Counted from the stretch's first letter, positions 9,672-27,298 are shown. The stretch is DNA of 41,641 nt from Myxococcota bacterium (GCA_049322255.1 JBMORE010000053.1:124001-165641), one strand, 5' to 3'. Notes: generated by a model from the sequence alone, not told the origin. Program-made: numbers and translations.

Positions 9672-11131
9672 GCCCCCAGCGCGCCAGCTTGTTTTTCGTC
9701 GGGCTCCTCACGGGGGCCGTCACCTCGTGCGCTCGCACCGCGCTCAACCCCGAATGCCCGGTGGGCTACACGCACGACGGTCAGAAGTGCATTTGCGCGA
9801 CCGACGAGGGCTGCCCCACCGGGATGAGCTGCGAGCAGGGCACCTGCGTTTGCCGCGACACGACCTGCTGCCCAACCGGCTACCAGTACTCGCCCGACGC
9901 CGAGCGCTGCGTGTGCAAGGCGGAGGAGTGCTGCCCGCTCGACCACCGCTGGGTAGAGGCCGAGCAAAAGTGTCTGTGCGGCGCGCAAGACTGCTGCCCC
10001 GACGGTTACCAGTTTTCGCCCGACGCCGGCGCCTGCGCGTGTGCGGGCGACTCGTGCTGTCCGCGAGGCTACGCCTTCGACGTAGAGAAGGAGGCGTGCA
10101 CCTGCGTCTCCGACGAATGCTGCCCCGTCTCGCATGGCGCCGACGGCGGCGTGGTGCCCTACCGCTACGACGAGCTCAAGAAGGACTGCGTGTGCGCGGC
10201 CGACGAGTGCTGCCCGCCCAACCACAAATACAACGCCGCGGTGCGCGCCTGCGTCTGCGTGGGTGACAGCTGCTGCCCGCCCGGTTACCGCAAGGACCCG
10301 GTGCGCGAGCGGTGTGAGTGCATCGACGACGCTTCCTGCGGTGCCAACAACGTCTGCTGTGGCCCCAACGGCGAAAAGTGCGGGGGTCAAAGCCCGGGCG
10401 CCTGCCGGTGCCTGAACAACGCCGGGTGCAAACCGGGCACCTTCTGTAACCCCTTGGGCTTCTGCCAATCGATCGCCGGCTGCACGGCCAACCCCGACTG
10501 TCCCGTCGGGATGTTCTGCGACGTCTCCACCAACCGCTGCATGGCGCAGGGCCCCTGCACCCTCGACGAGCACTGCGCCTTCGACCAAATCTGCAGCAGC
10601 GCGCTCGCCAGCTGCCGCGCCGGGTGCCGCAAAGACGCCGACTGCGTGCCCAAGGGCGCTTGCGTCAACGGGCTGTGCACCAACTTCTGTCGGGTCAACG
10701 CCTCCTGCCCGGTGAACCAGTTCTGCAACCAGACGACCGGCACCTGCGCGGCGCGTTCGGGACGGGTGGACTGCCAGGTCTGCTCGGCCACCCAGGCGTG
10801 CAACCCGCCCGCAGGCGCCGAGGCCTCCTGCCTGGGCTTCGTGGGCGAGGGCCAGCAGACCGGGCGCTTCTGCGGCCAGCACTGCCAAAACCAGCAAGAC
10901 TGCCCCTCGGGCTTCGACTGCGGCGGCGTCATCTTCACCTGCTTCGGCGAGGGCTCTGCCTGCGTGGGCGACCCCAACGCGCCCGGCGAAGCCATCGTCT
11001 GCCGGGGCTTTCTGGTGGAGAACGAGGTGGGGACGCAGTTCTACTGCGCCGATTCGTCGGGCCAGCCGCACGAGTACTTCAAGGCCTGCGCTCCCTCCTC
11101 GGGGTTCTGCCCGGCGACACCGGCCCCGTAG
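9668..11131 (+). CDS. Extremely Cys-rich repeat lipoprotein
   Basis: ATGA overlap with the VWA gene; AVTS-C lipobox; about 75 Cys in 487 aa by manual count, arranged in tandem modules. Confidence 0.85.
   Translation: MSPQRASLFFVGLLTGAVTSCARTALNPECPVGYTHDGQKCICATDEGCPTGMSCEQGTCVCRDTTCCPTGYQYSPDAERCVCKAEECCPLDHRWVEAEQKCLCGAQDCCPDGYQFSPDAGACACAGDSCCPRGYAFDVEKEACTCVSDECCPVSHGADGGVVPYRYDELKKDCVCAADECCPPNHKYNAAVRACVCVGDSCCPPGYRKDPVRERCECIDDASCGANNVCCGPNGEKCGGQSPGACRCLNNAGCKPGTFCNPLGFCQSIAGCTANPDCPVGMFCDVSTNRCMAQGPCTLDEHCAFDQICSSALASCRAGCRKDADCVPKGACVNGLCTNFCRVNASCPVNQFCNQTTGTCAARSGRVDCQVCSATQACNPPAGAEASCLGFVGEGQQTGRFCGQHCQNQQDCPSGFDCGGVIFTCFGEGSACVGDPNAPGEAIVCRGFLVENEVGTQFYCADSSGQPHEYFKACAPSSGFCPATPAP
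9845..10321 (+). repeat. Seven tandem ~21-aa CxC-x4-CCP-x11 repeats (protein level)
   Basis: CCPTGY, CCPLDH, CCPDGY, CCPRGY, CCPVSH, CCPPNH, CCPPGY, each preceded by CxC-x4; unit 5 carries an insertion. Confidence 0.85.
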
Positions 11132-11142
11132 TCGACTCCGCT

Positions 11143-11877
11143 TTAGTCCAGCCCCACCTGGCTCATGAACTCCACGCTGTTGAGTCGCCGCCCCAAGTGG
11201 TGCGCGATGAACAGGTTGAGCAGCTCGCGTGCCTTCGCTCGCACTGGAGGCGCCAGCGGCACCCGCGCCCCACCCTGCAACTCCACCAGCGCCTCCACCA
11301 CTTGCGGATGAACCGCCACCGCGAACGGGGCCCTCGAAAAGCAGCCGCTGCACAAGACGCCGCCGTGCTCGGGGTCGAAACGGGGCCGCGCTCCGGTGGC
11401 GCCGCCGCAGATGGCGCACGGGGCGAAGCGGGGCATCAACCCCGCATGCGCCAGCGCGTCGAGCTCGAAGGCAAGCAACGAGGTCGGCCCGGCGCGCTTT
11501 TCCTCCAAAAGCTCGAGGTACTCGACGAGCAGACAGAACAATTGTGGGTGCGGCTCGCGGTCGCGCACCAGCTCGCGGCACAATTCGACGGCGTACATCG
11601 CGCGAGCGATGAGCGACAGCTCGGAGCGCACCGGATGAAAGCTTTTCTCGATGTCCACCGCGTCGAGGCGGTGGGTGTCGCCGCGCCGTTCGACCAGGCG
11701 CGCGCGCAAGAGGGTGAACGGCTCGAGGGCACCGGCGAAACGTCGGCGACTCTTACGCGCTCCGGCGGCGAAGGCCGAGAGCTTCCCCCGCCCACGGGTG
11801 AAGAGGGTGACCACCCGATCCGCCTCTCCATAGTCCAGGGTGGAGAGGACCACCGCCTGCTCTTCGAAGCGCTCCAT
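11143..11877 (-). CDS. recO: DNA repair protein RecO
   Basis: AVVLSTLDYGEADRVVTLFT..RGKL.AFA.GARKSRRRF.GALEPF; Zn-finger CAIC...CSGC. Start placed at ATG 11877. Confidence 0.95.
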   Translation of the reverse strand: MERFEEQAVVLSTLDYGEADRVVTLFTRGRGKLSAFAAGARKSRRRFAGALEPFTLLRARLVERRGDTHRLDAVDIEKSFHPVRSELSLIARAMYAVELCRELVRDREPHPQLFCLLVEYLELLEEKRAGPTSLLAFELDALAHAGLMPRFAPCAICGGATGARPRFDPEHGGVLCSGCFSRAPFAVAVHPQVVEALVELQGGARVPLAPPVRAKARELLNLFIAHHLGRRLNSVEFMSQVGLD

Positions 11878-11881
11878 TTGG

Positions 11882-12283
11882 TCAACGCCGCTCCGACGTC
11901 GGCGAAGCGGCCAGTGGACGCCGTAGCGCCGTGAGCGCGCCGTACCCAGCCAACCCCAGCGCCACCAGCACCGCGACCAAGGTGAGCCAGGCGCGCCGCC
12001 GGCGCTCGCGCTCGAGGGCGGGGGGCGGGGGCGAGGTCGGCAGGGTGCTGTCGATCTCCTCGAAGCGCAGCACCGCCTCCTCAGGCTGCAGCCCAATCAC
12101 CTGCGCGTAGGCGCGAATGTAGTTGAGCACGAAGACCCGCCCCGGCATGCGCTCGGCCTGCCCACTCTCGAGCGCGGTAATGATGGTGGGAGGAATCTTC
12201 GTCGCGCGGGCGACGTCTTTCGGCGACAGTCCGCGCAGCTCACGCTGTTGGGCCAGGTACCGGCCGAAGTCTGCGAAGTCCAC
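11882..12283 (-). CDS. HTH protein with C-terminal TM (short RodZ-like)
   Basis: GRYLAQQRELRGLS..DVARATKI....ITALESG....MPG.VF...YIRAYA..IGL matches the RodZ N-terminal HTH pattern; one TM helix and no periplasmic domain. Confidence 0.85.
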   Translation of the reverse strand: MDFADFGRYLAQQRELRGLSPKDVARATKIPPTIITALESGQAERMPGRVFVLNYIRAYAQVIGLQPEEAVLRFEEIDSTLPTSPPPPALERERRRRAWLTLVAVLVALGLAGYGALTALRRPLAASPTSERR

Positions 12284-12293
12284 GAACGTCCTT

Positions 12294-13046
12294 CTATTCG
12301 AGCTTCTGCTTCAACGATTCACAGTCGTCGCGCAGCTGGTCGCTGGTCGTCTTGCTCACGCATTCGGTCAGGCGCTCCTTCGCCGTCTCCACCTGCCCCA
12401 GCTTGGCCAGGCACACTCCCTCGCGGTAATGCGCTTCGGCCACTTCCGGGCAGTTCTCGCGGTACTTGGCGAACTGGCGGCACGCCTCGTCCGCGGCGCC
12501 TTGCTCGTCGTGAATCAGCCCGAGGTTCTTGTAGCCCAAGCAGAACTTGGGGTTGGTGGTGACTGCGGCCTTGATGTGGTCGAGCCCCTTTTTCACCTCC
12601 CCCTTCTTGTAGAGCGCCCACCCTAAGTTGCCATGGGCGATGAAAGGGGTGGGATAGAGCATGTCGTTGAGCGCCTCCTCGTAGAGGGCGATCGCCTCGT
12701 CGTATCGCTTTTGATCCAAGTAGACGTTGGCGAGGTTGGTTTTCGCCTCGGAGAAGGTCGGGCGAATCGCGATCGCGCGCTGGTAGTGGCCAGCCGCCTC
12801 ATCGAACCGGCGGAAGGCCAGGTGAAGCACCACCGCGATCGCGTTGTGCGCCTCGGCGAAGTCGGGGTCGAGCGCGAGCGCCGCCTCGAATTCTTTGAAG
12901 GCCTGCTGGGGGTCGTCCTGCTGAGCCTGCACTCCCAAGTCGTAATGAATCTGCGCTCCTTGCAGCTCTTTCTCGGAGGGCACGTGCTTGCATGCAGAAG
13001 CGACGAGGAGCGCCGCGGCGGTGATTCGAGCGAAGAGTGGATTCAT
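12294..13046 (-). CDS. tgl: Social-motility TPR lipoprotein Tgl (PilQ secretin pilotin)
   Basis: VASA-C lipobox, TPRs, and segments recalled as near-identical to M. xanthus Tgl (LHLAFRR, NDMLYPTPFIA.GNLGWA.YKKG, IKAAVTTNP.FCLGYKNLGLI.DE, YRENCP). Confidence 0.93.
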   Translation of the reverse strand: MNPLFARITAAALLVASACKHVPSEKELQGAQIHYDLGVQAQQDDPQQAFKEFEAALALDPDFAEAHNAIAVVLHLAFRRFDEAAGHYQRAIAIRPTFSEAKTNLANVYLDQKRYDEAIALYEEALNDMLYPTPFIAHGNLGWALYKKGEVKKGLDHIKAAVTTNPKFCLGYKNLGLIHDEQGAADEACRQFAKYRENCPEVAEAHYREGVCLAKLGQVETAKERLTECVSKTTSDQLRDDCESLKQKLE

Positions 13047-13058
13047 AGCGAGGTCAGC

Positions 13059-13526
13059 TTAGAACGCCGCGAACAGGCGCCCCAGCGCCGACGCGTTCGA
13101 CTCCTTGGGTGCAGGGGCACCCTTGGCCCCGCCTGCTGCCTGGCGCGGGTCCTTCTGGAAGACCGGCAGTGTCTTGACCAGCTGCTCCTGGTCGGCGGCC
13201 GACAGCCCGCGGAAGTTCATATTGTCCATCATGAACCCCATCGACTCGACGAAGCCCATCGCCTCGTTCTCGTCTTCTTTGTACTGCTCGGCGGTGACGT
13301 TCTTGCGCGAGGGGATGTACACCGCACAGTCGGCGCCCGCGTTGAGGTAGAGGTAGACGAAGACGGCGAAACCGCCCGAGCCGCGCAGCCCGACAATGAA
13401 CGCCTGCGCCGGGCCGGCGGGCTTGCCCGGCACCGCCAGGTGGGGAGTGTTGATCGACTGATAGAGCGAAACCACCTGTTCCTTGGTCGCCGGCAAACCC
13501 CGCAATCTGTCGTCGATGGAGAACAA
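13059..13526 (-). CDS. Conserved myxobacterial protein encoded upstream of tgl
   Basis: MFSIDDRLRGLPA...PGKPAGPAQAF...FVYLYL...FVESMGFMMDN...LGRLFAAF, recognised as the ORF preceding tgl in myxobacteria; TTG start. Confidence 0.85.
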   Translation of the reverse strand: MFSIDDRLRGLPATKEQVVSLYQSINTPHLAVPGKPAGPAQAFIVGLRGSGGFAVFVYLYLNAGADCAVYIPSRKNVTAEQYKEDENEAMGFVESMGFMMDNMNFRGLSAADQEQLVKTLPVFQKDPRQAAGGAKGAPAPKESNASALGRLFAAF

Positions 13527-13530
13527 GGCC

Positions 13531-14115
13531 TTAGCGCGTCGTGAGGACGAACTCTTGCGAAAGATCGGAGGCGTCGGCGGCGGTGCGCTCGAACTTCACG
13601 ATCGGGTTGTCGATCATCACGTTGTCGCCACCCACATTGCCCTCGCCGATGATGACGCGAAACACGTGCTCACGGGAGAAGCTCTTGCGGGCGCCGGTGG
13701 CCGTCTTCGTCGCGGTGAGCAAGACGGTGTTCTTGCCCGGCACCAGGTACTTGGTCACCTCGGCGATGATCTGCTCGTCGTTGTTGTGCAGCTTTCGAAT
13801 CCACTTGGCGTTCACGTAGACGTCGATGTCGAACTCGGTCATCCCGGGCACCGTCTGCTCGGTGACGAGCCAGTAGCGCCGGGTGAGCTGCGCGGGGCCG
13901 CTCGCGCTGTCATTGGGCCTTTTTCCGCCCTCCACCGCCTTCACCGCGTAACCAGGCGCGTCGATGTGCACGTTGCCCTTCTCATCGATGCGCACGGTGG
14001 CCTTGTCGAACTTCTGGTTGGTGACCCCGTCGATGTTCACGCCGTTCAAGTACACCGAACCGGCGGCGGCGGGCACGGTCAGGGCCAAAGCGAGGAGGTA
14101 GATGAAGCGACGCAT
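13531..14115 (-). CDS. Secreted hypothetical beta-rich protein
   Basis: Sec signal MRRFIYLLALALTVPAAA; GC3-rich codons; first gene of the tgl operon. Confidence 0.8.
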   Translation of the reverse strand: MRRFIYLLALALTVPAAAGSVYLNGVNIDGVTNQKFDKATVRIDEKGNVHIDAPGYAVKAVEGGKRPNDSASGPAQLTRRYWLVTEQTVPGMTEFDIDVYVNAKWIRKLHNNDEQIIAEVTKYLVPGKNTVLLTATKTATGARKSFSREHVFRVIIGEGNVGGDNVMIDNPIVKFERTAADASDLSQEFVLTTR

Positions 14116-14148
14116 GCCAGGTACCTTTCGTGAGTAAGCCTAGCCGGT

Positions 14149-14165
14149 TGCAACGGCCGCGCCCC
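14149..14165 (-). promoter_or_regulatory. Putative sigma54 promoter of the tgl operon
   Basis: Minus strand GG-GG-CGCGGCCGTT-GC-A fits GG-N10-GC with TTGCA, about 35 nt upstream of ATG 14115. Confidence 0.5.
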
Positions 14166-14196
14166 ACGAAAATTTCAACCGGTGTAAGAACGCTCC

Positions 14197-14949
14197 ATGC
14201 CCCAGGCGAAACGCCGGCCGTCTGCCAAGCTGCGCCTTTTGGCCGCCACCGTCCTTCGACGCCTTTCCCGCGCCATTCCTTCTCCGCACGTCGAGCTGAA
14301 GTTCGGCGACACCTGGCAGCTGCTCGTCGCCGTCATCTTGAGCGCGCAGAGCACCGACAAGATGGTCAACGTGGTGATGCCCGAGCTGCTCGCACGCTGG
14401 CCCACCCCACGCGCCCTCGCCGCGGCGACTCAGGAGGATGTGGAAAAGGTCGTTCACCGCACCGGCTTTTTCCGCAACAAGGCCAAGTCCATTCGTGGAA
14501 TGAGCCAGGCGGTCGTCGAGCGCTTCGGCGGCCAAATACCCCGCTCGATGGATGAGCTACTGACGCTGCCCGGCGTTGCGCGCAAGACTGCCAACGTGGT
14601 GCTGGGCGCGGCGTACGGCGTCGCCAGCGGCATTACGGTCGACACGCACGCTACTCGCGTCTCGCAGCGGCTGGGTCTCACCCGGGAAACCCAAGCGGAG
14701 AAAATCGAGCGGGCCCTCTGTGCCCTCTTTCCTCAGGACGCTTGGATTCAGCTCGGCCACCGCTTCGTGCTCCACGGGCGTTACGTGTGCACCGCCCGCG
14801 CTCCTGCGTGCGACCGCTGCCCGCTCAACGACATCTGCCCAAGCCACGAGAAGGACGCCCTCGGCAGATGGACCCAGCGAGCCGAGCGCGAGCGGCTGGA
14901 GATGGAGTCCCGCGCCCAACCCTTCGCGCGCGTCCTGCCCCGACCTTGA
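14197..14949 (+). CDS. nth: Endonuclease III
   Basis: QLLVAVILSAQSTD, GFFRNKAK, HhH LPGVARKTANVV, VDTH, [4Fe-4S] C-x6-C-x2-C-x5-C. Confidence 0.95.
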   Translation: MPQAKRRPSAKLRLLAATVLRRLSRAIPSPHVELKFGDTWQLLVAVILSAQSTDKMVNVVMPELLARWPTPRALAAATQEDVEKVVHRTGFFRNKAKSIRGMSQAVVERFGGQIPRSMDELLTLPGVARKTANVVLGAAYGVASGITVDTHATRVSQRLGLTRETQAEKIERALCALFPQDAWIQLGHRFVLHGRYVCTARAPACDRCPLNDICPSHEKDALGRWTQRAERERLEMESRAQPFARVLPRP

Positions 14950-14951
14950 GG

Positions 14952-15647
14952 CTACCGCCCCTCGCCCAAGCGCAGGGCCAACGTCCAGTCGCCTCCCAGC
15001 CCTTCCCCCTCGCGGAAACGACGAAAGTCGCGACGCACCAACCGAGGGTAGCGCAAGAAGACCTCTGGCAATGGCCCTTGGCGCATCGTTTGGCGAATGC
15101 GCCGAGGCCCCGCGTTGTAGGCCATCAAGGCGACATCCAGATCGCCAAACCGGTCGTGCAGCGCGCGTAAGTAACGCACCCCCAGCCGTACGCACAGCGC
15201 CGGGTCCTGCGCCACCTCCTCGCGAGAGAGCTTGAGCCCTTCCTTTTGGGCGATGAAGTAGAGCGTACTGGGCTTGATTTGCATCAACCCCCGTGCACCC
15301 TTGGGAGAGACCGCTTCCTCGAGGAAGTCGGACTCGACGTCAATGATCGCCAGGATGAGCAGAGGGTCATACCCCGCCCGCTTGGCCTCTTCGGCAATCG
15401 CCACTGCCAGCTGGCGGCGCAAGGTGAGACCGAGATCGGGGGAACGCTTGGCCAACACCCCGTCGATGATGTCGAAGTCGTCGGGGCGGGTGGAAAGCTC
15501 GGCTCCACCCGCGTGGGCCACCGGCGCGGGCTGCTGCACGAGCACCGGAGCGACCCGCGCCGTCCCGACCAGCGCGAGCACCGCCACCAGCGGTAACTTG
15601 CCGCAGCCGTACGCGAAGGAGAACAAAAGCTTGGCCACGGTCTTCAT
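14952..15647 (-). CDS. Lytic transglycosylase (SLT domain)
   Basis: LILAIIDVESDF, AVSPKGARGLMQI, ALMAYNAG; hydrophobic N-terminus. Start placed at ATG 15647. Confidence 0.9.
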   Translation of the reverse strand: MKTVAKLLFSFAYGCGKLPLVAVLALVGTARVAPVLVQQPAPVAHAGGAELSTRPDDFDIIDGVLAKRSPDLGLTLRRQLAVAIAEEAKRAGYDPLLILAIIDVESDFLEEAVSPKGARGLMQIKPSTLYFIAQKEGLKLSREEVAQDPALCVRLGVRYLRALHDRFGDLDVALMAYNAGPRRIRQTMRQGPLPEVFLRYPRLVRRDFRRFREGEGLGGDWTLALRLGEGR

Positions 15648-15669
15648 TCGCGCGCGCCCACCGAAGGCC

Positions 15670-16029
15670 CTAGTCCTTTGCCCCGCTGAGCGCGTCGATG
15701 CGCCGAGCGAGCTGGTCCAACCGCGCGTTGAGCTGGGAAACCTCCTCGCGCCTGGGCAGCCGCAAGGCCTGGAGCGCTCTTTTGACGCCCTCTTCCAGGT
15801 TACGCTCAAGGTCCTTACGCTGCGCGGCCAGTCGCTCACTCAGCTCGCGCACATGGCGCTTGGCCTCTTCCTGGCTCCATCCGGCCACCTCTCCCAGCCT
15901 GGCGACGACCTTCGAGGCCTCATCCTCGGCGGTGGAAACCGCCGTCAACGCCTGGCTCCAGACCCTCTCAAAAAGGTCGGTCGCCTGCCGCCGCTCTTTA
16001 GTGCCGTCGTTTTTTTCCACTTTCAGCAC
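15670..16029 (-). CDS. Phasin / PHA-granule-associated (PhaF/PhaI-like) coiled-coil protein
   Basis: Amphipathic helical protein ending in LP.REEV.QLNARLDQLARRIDAL; GTG 16029 lies 8 nt after GGAGAGG (start uncertain). Confidence 0.65.
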   Translation of the reverse strand: MLKVEKNDGTKERRQATDLFERVWSQALTAVSTAEDEASKVVARLGEVAGWSQEEAKRHVRELSERLAAQRKDLERNLEEGVKRALQALRLPRREEVSQLNARLDQLARRIDALSGAKD

Positions 16030-16279
16030 CCCAAAAACCTCTCCAGAGAACCACATCCGACCACCGGGAAGGAAGGGCCCCCCTCTATTTTTCCTCCGTC
16101 CGCGCCCAACAGCCCTCCGGAATGGCTACGCGACGCGTCAACCAAGGGTGTGAACGCAAGGGTGCACCACGGCGTGCACTGACGCAACCACCGGCCACGC
16201 CAAGCGGTCGACTTTACGAAGACGAGGGCTGGCCCGGAGCGTGAAAGAAGCCAGCCAATCCTTGCCCATGGTGGGCAGC

Positions 16280-16328
16280 CGCCGCGGCACCGTGTTTCCC
16301 CCTTTCACGGTGCTGCGGCGTCGTTTTT

Positions 16329-16330
<2 letters not shown>
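16280..16330. terminator. 15-bp hairpin directly after the rpoC stop
   Basis: CGCCGCGGCACCGTG-loop-CACGGTGCTGCGGCG, followed on + by TCGTTTTTTT. Confidence 0.6.
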
Positions 16331-20537
<4,207 letters not shown>

Positions 20538-20574
20538 GATGGCTCCGTGTGACTCGAAAGGTGGCTAAAAAACG

Positions 20575-24786
<4,212 letters not shown>

Positions 24787-24891
24787 TCGAACTCCAGTAA
24801 CGGAAGCGGCAAAGCCGGCGCCCTCTTTCTCGAAGGCCGCCGGCTCGGGGGAGGACGGGGGAACGACTCCCCCGCCCGCCTACTCGACGAA

Positions 24892-25266
24892 CTACTTCAC
24901 TTCGACCGTGGCACCGGCCGCGGCGAGCTTCTCCTTCATCTTGGCGGCGTCGTCCTTCGACACGTTCTCCTTCACGGTCTTGGGCGCGCCCTCCACCAGG
25001 TCCTTCGCCTCCTTGAGGCCCAGGCCAGTGATCTCACGAATGACCTTGATCACGTCGATCTTCTTCTCGCCGGCTTTGGCCAAAACGACGGTGAACTCGG
25101 TCTTCTCTTCAGCCGGAGCGGCCGCAGCACCACCCGCCGCGGGGCCAGCCACCGCCACGGCGGCGGCGGAGACGCCCCACTTCTCCTCCAGCTTCTTCAC
25201 CAGCTCAGCGGCCTCCATGACGGTGAGGGCCGAGAGGCTGTCTACGATTGAATTCAGGTCTGCCAT
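24892..25266 (-). CDS. rplL: 50S ribosomal protein L7/L12
   Basis: [44 protein letters not shown]. Confidence 0.99.
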   Translation of the reverse strand: MADLNSIVDSLSALTVMEAAELVKKLEEKWGVSAAAVAVAGPAAGGAAAAPAEEKTEFTVVLAKAGEKKIDVIKVIREITGLGLKEAKDLVEGAPKTVKENVSKDDAAKMKEKLAAAGATVEVK

Positions 25267-25335
25267 TTTCTTCTTCCTTCATTCGGCGCGAAGCCGATCA
25301 ACAATAGGTTGGTTGCTTCTTCTTCCTTTAAGTTC

Positions 25336-25845
25336 CTAGCCCTGCTTGGCCGCGAGGACCCGCGCCAGGCTCGCCCCCGGCTCCTTGAGGGTGCGCGCCA
25401 GCTTGGTCGCTGGCTGGGTGAGCAGGCCCAAGATCTTCGCCCTCAGCTCATTCAGCCCCGGCATCTTCGCCAGCGCCTGCACGCCCTTGGCGTCGATCTT
25501 CTTGCCGTCGACCACCGCCGAACGAACCTTGAACTTCTCCTCCAGGTCCTTGATGAACTCCGACAAAAGCTTCGCCGGCGTCACCACGTCCGAGTAACCG
25601 ATGGCCACCGCAACCGAACCGACGAACTCGTCGGCCAACACCTCGGCTGCGGTCCCCTTGGCGGCGCGGCGTGCCAAGGTGTTCTTCAGCACCTTGTAGT
25701 CGACCCCACCGTCGCGGAGCTTCTTGCGCAGGCGGGTCACCGTCGCCACGTCGACCTTGGAAACCTCGGCGAGGATGACCGCCTTGGCCCGACCGAACTT
25801 GTCGTTCATGTCCTTGATCAGGACTTCCTTCTCGCTCTTTTGCAC
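25336..25845 (-). CDS. rplJ: 50S ribosomal protein L10
   Basis: LRKKLR..GV.YKVLKNTLARRA; position between rplA and rplL; GGAGG RBS. Confidence 0.97.
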   Translation of the reverse strand: MQKSEKEVLIKDMNDKFGRAKAVILAEVSKVDVATVTRLRKKLRDGGVDYKVLKNTLARRAAKGTAAEVLADEFVGSVAVAIGYSDVVTPAKLLSEFIKDLEEKFKVRSAVVDGKKIDAKGVQALAKMPGLNELRAKILGLLTQPATKLARTLKEPGASLARVLAAKQG

Positions 25846-25914
25846 TTCGTACTCACCTCCTCACCAGCAACTACCTGGGACAAAGGCCAAGAGCGAGAGG
25901 TCGAAAACAACCAC

Positions 25915-26000
25915 CGCTTCCTGTCTCGGCGGGGCGGCCACCGACTGGCGCCGTTTAAGCCCGGGTCACCCCGAGCCCCTGCTGTCTCCGTCCAGGGAAA
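25915..26000 (-). ncRNA. Ribosomal protein L10 leader (autogenous control element)
   Basis: Minus strand GGAGACAGCAGGGG...CTTAAA-CGGCG...CCGCCCCGCCGAGAC in the rplA-rplJ spacer matches the recalled AGAC-GYAGG...UUAA...CCUGC-GAG pattern of L10 leaders. Confidence 0.7.
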
Positions 26001-26094
26001 TCGACGCCTCGCCTCATCGGTTTGGCGTCTGGTTTGCAAAGCCGGCGGCCTATACCTGCAGGCCCGGGGAAAGTCCAGTCCTTCTTTTCGGGGC

Positions 26095-26808
26095 CTAACG
26101 GTGGCGGGCAATCACCTCGGTGGTGTCGATTTTGATGCCCGGCCCCATGGTGGTCGAGACGGCGATCCCCTTGAGATAGACGCCCTTGGCGGTGGCCGGC
26201 TTGAGCTTCATCACCAGGTCGACCAGGGTGTTGAAGTTCTCGGTGAGTTTCTCGGCGGTGAACGACGCCTTGCCCACCGGTGCGTGGAGAATGCCCGCCT
26301 TCTCCACCCGGAACTCGATCTTGCCGCCCTTGGCATCTTTGATTGCCTTGGCCACGTCCATGGTCACCGTGCCTACCTTGGGGTTGGGCATCAGCCCACG
26401 GGGGCCCAGCACCTTTCCCAGCCGCCCCACCACGCCCATCATGTCGGGGGTGGCGATCACGGTGTCGAAGTCCATGAAGCCTTCTTCGATCTTCTTGGCC
26501 AAGTCGGCCTCTCCCACCACGTCGGCGCCAGCGTTGGTGGCTTCGCTGGCCTTCTCGCCCTTGGCGAACACCGCTACCCGCATGCTCTTACCGGTGCCAT
26601 GCGGGAGCACCACCGCGCCGCGCACCATCTGATCGGCGTGCTTGGGGTCGACCCCTAGGTTGATCGCCACGTCGACCGTCTCGTCGAACTTGGTCTTGCG
26701 CAGCTCGATGGTCTCCTTGAGCAGCTTGAAGCCATCGACGATGGGGTAACGCTTGTTGCGGTCGACCTTCTCGGCGGCCGCGCGGAACTTCTTTCCAGAG
26801 TTAGGCAT
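26095..26808 (-). CDS. rplA: 50S ribosomal protein L1
   Basis: [52 protein letters not shown]. Confidence 0.99.
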   Translation of the reverse strand: MPNSGKKFRAAAEKVDRNKRYPIVDGFKLLKETIELRKTKFDETVDVAINLGVDPKHADQMVRGAVVLPHGTGKSMRVAVFAKGEKASEATNAGADVVGEADLAKKIEEGFMDFDTVIATPDMMGVVGRLGKVLGPRGLMPNPKVGTVTMDVAKAIKDAKGGKIEFRVEKAGILHAPVGKASFTAEKLTENFNTLVDLVMKLKPATAKGVYLKGIAVSTTMGPGIKIDTTEVIARHR

Positions 26809-26851
26809 TTGAAAAACCTCGAGCTTGAAAAAGGGTTGGAGCCAAAAAGCG

Positions 26852-27298
26852 CTAGCCGACGACGTCGATGCCCATCGAGCGGGCGGTGCCCATGATGGTG
26901 CGGACGCACGCCTCCAGAGAGCCGGCGGTGGTGTCGCCGATCTTCATCTTGGCGATGTCTTCGACCTGCTTGCGGGTGACCTTGCCGACCTTCTCCTTGC
27001 CCGGCTTGTGGGCACCCGACCCCTTCTTCTTCTCGGTGTGCAGCCCGGCCGCCTTCTTGAGCAGCACCGACGCCGGCGGGGTCTTCAGCACGAAGGTGAA
27101 CGAGCGGTCTTGATAGACCGTGATCACCACCGGGATGATGAGCCCCTCCTTCGCCTGTGCCTGAGTGGCGGCGTTGAACTGCTTGCAGAACTCCATGATG
27201 TTCACGCCCTGCTGACCGAGCGCGGGCCCAATCGGCGGAGCGGGGTTGGCCTTACCGGCCGGAATCTGCAGCTTGACCTGCCCTGTGACCTTCTTCAT
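26852..27298 (-). CDS. rplK: 50S ribosomal protein L11
   Basis: [41 protein letters not shown]. Confidence 0.99.
   Translation of the reverse strand: MKKVTGQVKLQIPAGKANPAPPIGPALGQQGVNIMEFCKQFNAATQAQAKEGLIIPVVITVYQDRSFTFVLKTPPASVLLKKAAGLHTEKKKGSGAHKPGKEKVGKVTRKQVEDIAKMKIGDTTAGSLEACVRTIMGTARSMGIDVVG

Noticed and set aside
9845..10321. CRISPR-like or DNA tandem array
   Set aside because: Periodicity is at protein level with degenerate codons; no identical DNA repeats with spacers and no cas genes in the window.
16150..16205. Sigma54 promoter for the phasin-like gene (TGG...TTGC on the minus strand)
   Set aside because: Both candidates have GG-N9-GC spacing rather than the required N10.
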